A stretch of 64,000 bases of DNA from an uncultured Spirochaetota bacterium (lineage in GTDB: Bacteria > Spirochaetota > Spirochaetia > SZUA-6 > Fen-1364). Every line of letters starts with the position of its first letter. Positions within the stretch are counted from its first letter, which is position 1. Below the pieces are notes generated by a model. The model was not told where the DNA came from. It did not search any database and saw only the letters and a list, made by a program, of their open reading frames with translations. Below are positions 59,311-64,000 of the stretch, one piece after another. Where the stretch lies: contig CAWGAA010000001.1 in NCBI GenBank assembly GCA_963820525.1, positions 1,376,001 through 1,440,000 of the forward strand. Direction: 5' to 3'. The translations under genes were made by a program, and so were the position numbers.

Positions 59311-60221
59311 GCGTATACGACATCGCGTTCGTCGGTCACGTCTGCTGGGACGAGATCGTGCCGTTCAGCGGAGAGGCGCGCGTCTCACCGGGGAGCGCCG
59401 TGCTCCAGGGCGCAATTGCGGCCGCGCGCGTGGGAATGAAGACCGCCGTCATCACGAAACGGGCGCCGGGAGACGACGAGGTGGTTCAGGAGCTTGCCGG
59501 AGCCGGCGTCGCGGTCTTCGCTGCCGATGCCGCCCAGACGAGCCGGATGCGCGTGCTCCACCCCAGCGCCAATCCCGATGAAAGGAAGATGGTGCTCCTG
59601 AAAAGCGCCGGCCCCTTCTCCGCAGCGGAAACCCCCGCGGTGGATGCGGTCTGGATGCACCTTGCCGGCATCTCGGATCAGGAGTTCAGCCTCCCGTTTA
59701 TCGAGGCAATGAAGGGCAGGGGATACGATCTCTCTATAGATCTCCAGAGCGTGGTGCGCCAGGTGGACCCCGCCACGAAAGAAGTCTGCTTTGCGGGAAG
59801 CTCGGCGGCTCGGCGAATCGTGTCGCGCATGGAGCAGGTGAAGCTGGACGGCGTGGAAGCCGAGGTGCTCACGGGTCTTGCCGACGTACGCGCCGCGTGC
59901 CGGCTCATCCTGTGCTGGGGATGCCCCGAGGTGATGGCGACAACCTCCCAGGGAGTGCTCGTGAACCGGCAGGGACGAGAGCTTTGGGAGCCCTTCACCA
60001 ACAGGTCAATCGTTGGACGGACGGGAAGGGGAGATACCGTGTTCGCCGCCTATCTGGCACGGAGATTCACGCATTCTCCTGAAGAGGCGCTGAAGTTCGC
60101 GGCAAGCCTTGTATCGATCAAGATGGAGACTCCCGGGCCCTTCCGGGGCACCGTCATGGACGTTGAAAAAAGAATGCGGCAAGACGGGCGGACGGCGATG
60201 AGCGCGCGGCAGAGCCGTTGA
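59307..60221 (+). CDS. PfkB family carbohydrate kinase
   Basis: GRTGRGDT anion-hole motif; ATGA-coupled to GH65. Confidence 0.85.
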   Translation: MSVYDIAFVGHVCWDEIVPFSGEARVSPGSAVLQGAIAAARVGMKTAVITKRAPGDDEVVQELAGAGVAVFAADAAQTSRMRVLHPSANPDERKMVLLKSAGPFSAAETPAVDAVWMHLAGISDQEFSLPFIEAMKGRGYDLSIDLQSVVRQVDPATKEVCFAGSSAARRIVSRMEQVKLDGVEAEVLTGLADVRAACRLILCWGCPEVMATTSQGVLVNRQGRELWEPFTNRSIVGRTGRGDTVFAAYLARRFTHSPEEALKFAASLVSIKMETPGPFRGTVMDVEKRMRQDGRTAMSARQSR

Positions 60222-60262
60222 AGGCTGGGGCCGGCGGCGCGCCGCGCGAATCATGCCCGCGG

Positions 60263-61132
60263 CTAGTATCCCCTCTTTCGGAAGGTATTCGGCGTGACCC
60301 CGATCAGCTTCTGAAACGCCTTGCAGAAGTAGTTCACGTCCTTGTACCCGCAGCGCCAGGCCACCTCCTTGATCATCAGGCTCTCCGAGAGAAGTATCTC
60401 GCAGGCCTTGTTGATGCGCAGGTGCTCGAGGTAGTCGTGAGGAGACATGTCGACCGCCTCCTTGAACAGCCTGCTGAAGTGGTAGCGGCTGTACCCTACG
60501 GCGCTGGCGATATCGCTCACCTGGATTGCATGGTCGTAGTTCTGCCTGCAGAAATCCTTGGCTTTCTCTATGAAGGCGGGCTCCACGGCTCCCTGGAACC
60601 TGGGCTGCATCTCCATGAGCAGGTCCATGGCGAACTCGTACGCGAGACAGGACAGGGTATAGGGTGAATGGGTGTCGAGGTGGGATGCAAGGTTGTGGAT
60701 CTGCAGGAAGACCTTGAAGAGGGGGGAGGTGTCTCGAATGCTCACCATGGGCACGCACTTCTCCTCGATGGAGTGGAAGACCCGAAGGACTTCGGCCCCC
60801 GCGAGGCAGACGTAGATAAAGCGCCATTCCCGGGATTCCTCGGGCAGGAAGTAGCGATGATTGTGGGGGATGTGCAGCAGCATGGCCTTGCCCTTGTCCA
60901 CCTTGTACTGGCTGTTCTCGTACTGGAGCATTCCCCAGCCGGAGATGGTGTACTGGAACAGGGCGATGCCGCGATCTCCCCTTTTCATGCCGTCCCAATC
61001 GTAGCTTCTCTCGGTCTCGATCCCGTAGCCGCAGCTCACGACAAGGGAGTGCAGCGGATACTCCTCTTTCTTTGGAAGGACGCGGAAATCCCGTACGGGA
61101 AGGCTCTCGATCTTCTTCCAAACCGACTCCAC
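60263..61132 (-). CDS. AraC family regulator
   Basis: Cupin N-terminus; YSRYHFSRLFK, IKEVAWRCGYKDVNYF. Confidence 0.93.
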   Translation of the reverse strand: MESVWKKIESLPVRDFRVLPKKEEYPLHSLVVSCGYGIETERSYDWDGMKRGDRGIALFQYTISGWGMLQYENSQYKVDKGKAMLLHIPHNHRYFLPEESREWRFIYVCLAGAEVLRVFHSIEEKCVPMVSIRDTSPLFKVFLQIHNLASHLDTHSPYTLSCLAYEFAMDLLMEMQPRFQGAVEPAFIEKAKDFCRQNYDHAIQVSDIASAVGYSRYHFSRLFKEAVDMSPHDYLEHLRINKACEILLSESLMIKEVAWRCGYKDVNYFCKAFQKLIGVTPNTFRKRGY

Positions 61133-61354
61133 GGCTCGAGGATAGCACGAATTTGCTATGAATGAAACACGAAAAACACAAATGTCCGCGAAATAGCAAA
61201 TTTGTGTGATTTACAGGCAGGGGAATCGGAAGAAAATGGCATGCGTGTATCCTGTTGAGGCTCGCAGTCCGGAGAGCGTCGTTTGAAAAACAGGGCGTTC
61301 AGGCTATCCTAAGCACTGTTAGTGCTTTTTGACATCTTCAAAGGGGGAAGGTTT

Positions 61355-62617
61355 ATGAAGATAAGGACATGCGTTTTTCTGCTTCTCGCCGTCCTGCTTG
61401 TGTCCGCCAACTCATTTGCCTCGGGCCAGGGAGAGGCGAAGGGCCAGAAGGTCACCGTGTCGATTCTCGCGGGTCAGTCCACCACCGACGCGGGAATAGA
61501 GGATATGATCGACAAGGCCATGGCGGTCAAGTATCCCAACATCACGCTGCAGTGGGAAACCGTGGACTGGGGCAAGGATTTCCAGCCCAAGATGCAGCAG
61601 TACATCCAGTCCGGCCTGCCCGACATCATGGTTGGCAAGGCCCAGGACATTGCCACCTACGGCTCGATGGGCAAGCTTGCCGACCTGACGGGAAAGCCGT
61701 ACCTGACCAGGGTGCTGGACGCGGCCATTCCCGGCGTCACCATCAAGGGCAAGACGTACGGCCTGGTCTACAACGCGTTTTGCCAGGGCGTGTACTACAA
61801 CAGGAAGCTCTTCAACGACAACGGCATCAAGGTCCCCACTACTCTCACCGAGCTTCAGACCGTCATCAACAAGTTCAAGGCGCTGGGCATCACACCCTTC
61901 GCCACCCACTTTGTGGACACCTGGAGCATCGGAAACATCACGATGCAGTTCGCCATCAACGACGTGTTCAACAAGACCCCGGACTGGGGAGACCAGCTTC
62001 GCGCGGGAAAGGCGTCCTTCGCCAAGTCCGCCGCGTACAGGAACGTCTACGGCTACAACAAGCTCATCTACGATAATACGTGGAAGGGCGAGACCTTCTC
62101 CCTGGCCCAGACCGACTGCGACGCGCGGCTGGTGCAGGGCAAGGCGGCCATGAAGGTCTCCGGCTCGTGGTCCATCCAGAACTTCCTCAACGTGGACCCT
62201 GACTTCGATTTCGGCGTGTTCCCCTTCCCCAACCAGACCGGGGATGCCAAGCTCATCTTCGAGCCCAACATGACATGGATGAAGAGCGCGACCACGAAGA
62301 ACTCCGACGCCGTCGACGCGGTGTTCGACGTCATCACGAGCGACAAGGCGCTGGCCCTCGAGATCTACAACTTCACGAAGACCGCCTCCATGCTCAAGGG
62401 CGTGAGCCCCACCTTCAAGAACCCCAGCCAGAAGGATATTGACAAGTACGCCGCAGCCGGTATGATGATCGACGCCAACATCGGCAACAACCAGCTGAAA
62501 TGGGGCGGCTTTCAGGAGGAGAACGCCAAGGACATCGCGATGTGGCTCCAGGGCAAGGCGAGCCTCGATGACGCTCTTTCGGCCTCCGACGACAGAAGGG
62601 CAGCGAGCAAGCCGTAA
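61355..62617 (+). CDS. Carbohydrate ABC solute-binding protein
   Basis: FASGQGE signal; LPDIM, YYNRKLF, GSW. Confidence 0.9.
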   Translation: MKIRTCVFLLLAVLLVSANSFASGQGEAKGQKVTVSILAGQSTTDAGIEDMIDKAMAVKYPNITLQWETVDWGKDFQPKMQQYIQSGLPDIMVGKAQDIATYGSMGKLADLTGKPYLTRVLDAAIPGVTIKGKTYGLVYNAFCQGVYYNRKLFNDNGIKVPTTLTELQTVINKFKALGITPFATHFVDTWSIGNITMQFAINDVFNKTPDWGDQLRAGKASFAKSAAYRNVYGYNKLIYDNTWKGETFSLAQTDCDARLVQGKAAMKVSGSWSIQNFLNVDPDFDFGVFPFPNQTGDAKLIFEPNMTWMKSATTKNSDAVDAVFDVITSDKALALEIYNFTKTASMLKGVSPTFKNPSQKDIDKYAAAGMMIDANIGNNQLKWGGFQEENAKDIAMWLQGKASLDDALSASDDRRAASKP

Positions 62618-62652
62618 GGGCCTCGCGCCGACGAGCTGGAGAATCGAAAAAT

Positions 62653-62689
62653 GCAGGGGGATGAGGCCTCTCGTTCCCCTGCTTTTTCT
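62653..62689 (+). terminator. Intra-operon stem-loop with U-tract after the SBP gene
   Basis: GCAGGGG...CCCCTGC-TTTTT. Confidence 0.6.
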
Positions 62690-62707
62690 TGAGCGGAGAC
62701 TGAAGCC

Positions 62708-63589
62708 ATGTATCAAAAATCGATCAAGCGCACGGAGCTTCTCCAGTACACTTCATTGGTCCTGCCGGGGCTCATCGTATTCACCGTCGGCCTGATCGTC
62801 CCCATGATTCTCGCCTTCGGCTACTCTCTCACGAGCTGGAATGGGATGAGCGCGGAGAAGCCCTTCGTGGGATTGCGCAACTACATCGGCCTGTTCACGG
62901 ACAAGCTCGCCCGCGATGCATGGCTCTTCACCATCAAGTTCACTCTCACCAACACGATAATTCAGAATGTCTTCGCCCTGGCATTTGCCGTCGCTTTGGA
63001 CAGCGCCATCAAGTGGAAAAAGCTCTACAGGACCGTGTTCTTCATGCCGTGCCTCATCAGCTCCGTCATCGTGGGTTTCATCTGGCTTCGCATGTTCTCG
63101 ACCTTCCTTCCCGCACTCAACAATCTCCTTGGCCTGGACATCAATTTCCTGCTCTTCGGCTCGAGCGATACCGTTCTTTCAGGGCTCCTGATCGCCAACA
63201 ACTGGCAGTGGATAGGCTACTGGATGCTTATCTACCTGGCGGGGCTTCAATCGGTGCCGACCGAGCTGTACGAATCCGCCACCATCGACGGGGCGTCCCC
63301 ATTCGAGAAGTTCCGGCATGTAACGGCCCCCCTTCTCATCCCTGCCTTCACGATATGCTTTGTCGGAATAACGGTCGGGTCCCTGAAGGTCTACGAGCTC
63401 CTCGTCTCTTCGACCGGAGGCGGGCCCGGACGCGCCTCCACCTCTATCATCTATAACATCTATCTCACCGCCATCAGCGGACGGCAGTACGGGTACGGGT
63501 GCGCCATGTCGATCACCCTTGTCGCAGCGCTCCTGCTGGTGGCCCTCGTCCAGCTCAGGTTCTTCCGAAAGAGAGAGGTCCAGTTCTGA
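62708..63589 (+). CDS. Carbohydrate ABC permease (MalF-like)
   Basis: YLAGLQSVPTELYESATIDGAS. Confidence 0.92.
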   Translation: MYQKSIKRTELLQYTSLVLPGLIVFTVGLIVPMILAFGYSLTSWNGMSAEKPFVGLRNYIGLFTDKLARDAWLFTIKFTLTNTIIQNVFALAFAVALDSAIKWKKLYRTVFFMPCLISSVIVGFIWLRMFSTFLPALNNLLGLDINFLLFGSSDTVLSGLLIANNWQWIGYWMLIYLAGLQSVPTELYESATIDGASPFEKFRHVTAPLLIPAFTICFVGITVGSLKVYELLVSSTGGGPGRASTSIIYNIYLTAISGRQYGYGCAMSITLVAALLLVALVQLRFFRKREVQF

Positions 63590-64000
63590 TGACCACGACG
63601 ATACGCAAGCGCTCGCCCGCCACGCTCCTCACGCAGGCCCTGATGACGATCATCGCGATAGTTTTCGCGGCGCCCATCCTGATCATCGTCAACTACTCAT
63701 TCAAGACGACCAGGGAGCTGTACCTCAGCAATCCCCTCGCCCTGCCGCAGAGCTTCAATAGTGAGAATTATCTGAGCGCGTACAGAAAGCTCGACCTGGG
63801 CGTGACCTATTTCAATACCGTGCTCTATACCGTAGTGTCGGTCGCCCTACTGGCTCTGCTCTGCGGGGCGGCCGCCTGGGCCATTGCCAGATGCAAGGCC
63901 AGGTTCTTCAAGTTCGCCTATGGCTATTTCCTCCTGGGAATCCTCATCCCCTTCCAGGCGCTCTTCCTCCCCATCTACATAATCGGGTTTCGCACGGGCC
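63589..64000 (+). CDS. Carbohydrate ABC permease (MalG-like), partial
   Basis: TGATG-coupled start MTTTIRK; YSFKTT..NPLALP, AAWAIAR; runs off the window. Confidence 0.85.
   Translation, partial: MTTTIRKRSPATLLTQALMTIIAIVFAAPILIIVNYSFKTTRELYLSNPLALPQSFNSENYLSAYRKLDLGVTYFNTVLYTVVSVALLALLCGAAAWAIARCKARFFKFAYGYFLLGILIPFQALFLPIYIIGFRTG

Noticed and set aside
7684..62716. Many long antisense or alternate-frame ORFs (e.g. 14456..15922, 37008..38543, 43279..44853, 47274..48764, 50112..51656)
   Set aside because: Shadows of real genes caused by high GC3; they carry no protein motifs
1..64000. CRISPR array, transposase, prophage or defence system
   Set aside because: No regularly spaced repeats or recognisable mobile/defence proteins were seen on manual reading

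Overview
About 64 kb of GC-rich bacterial chromosome, probably a free-living Spirochaetia. This is an inference from 'FAxGxxE'-type solute-binding-protein N-termini and spirochete-like hypothetical genes. Contents, left to right: (1) the first ~2,400 codons of a giant secreted Ig-repeat protein that runs off the left edge and is absent from the ORF track; (2) a minus-strand run: DAG-kinase-like, rdgB, sigma-like, nrnA, M24 peptidase, ornithine carbamoyltransferase and an arginine synthetase (ArcE)-like gene; (3) tRNA-Leu(GAG) and a selenium/Mo-hydroxylase maturation cluster (yqeC, yqeB, selD, xdhC); (4) a mirror-symmetric sugar locus in which two ABC importers each end in a paralogous uncharacterised ~700-aa (alpha/alpha)-barrel-like enzyme, with near-duplicate promoters; (5) a zone of gene fragments; (6) a FadR-type regulon with a Tct transporter, an M24-fold enzyme lacking metal ligands, Gfo/Idh/MocA, KdgK, an Eda-like aldolase and a 2-hydroxyacid dehydrogenase; (7) a CstA transporter operon with two paralogous small proteins and two reciprocally degenerate ArsA/Get3-family ATPases, which is the most intriguing system here; (8) GH53, a divergent GH65, PfkB, AraC and a sugar ABC importer. 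No CRISPR array, integrase or transposase was seen. All family calls come from motif recognition only; no database searches were run.
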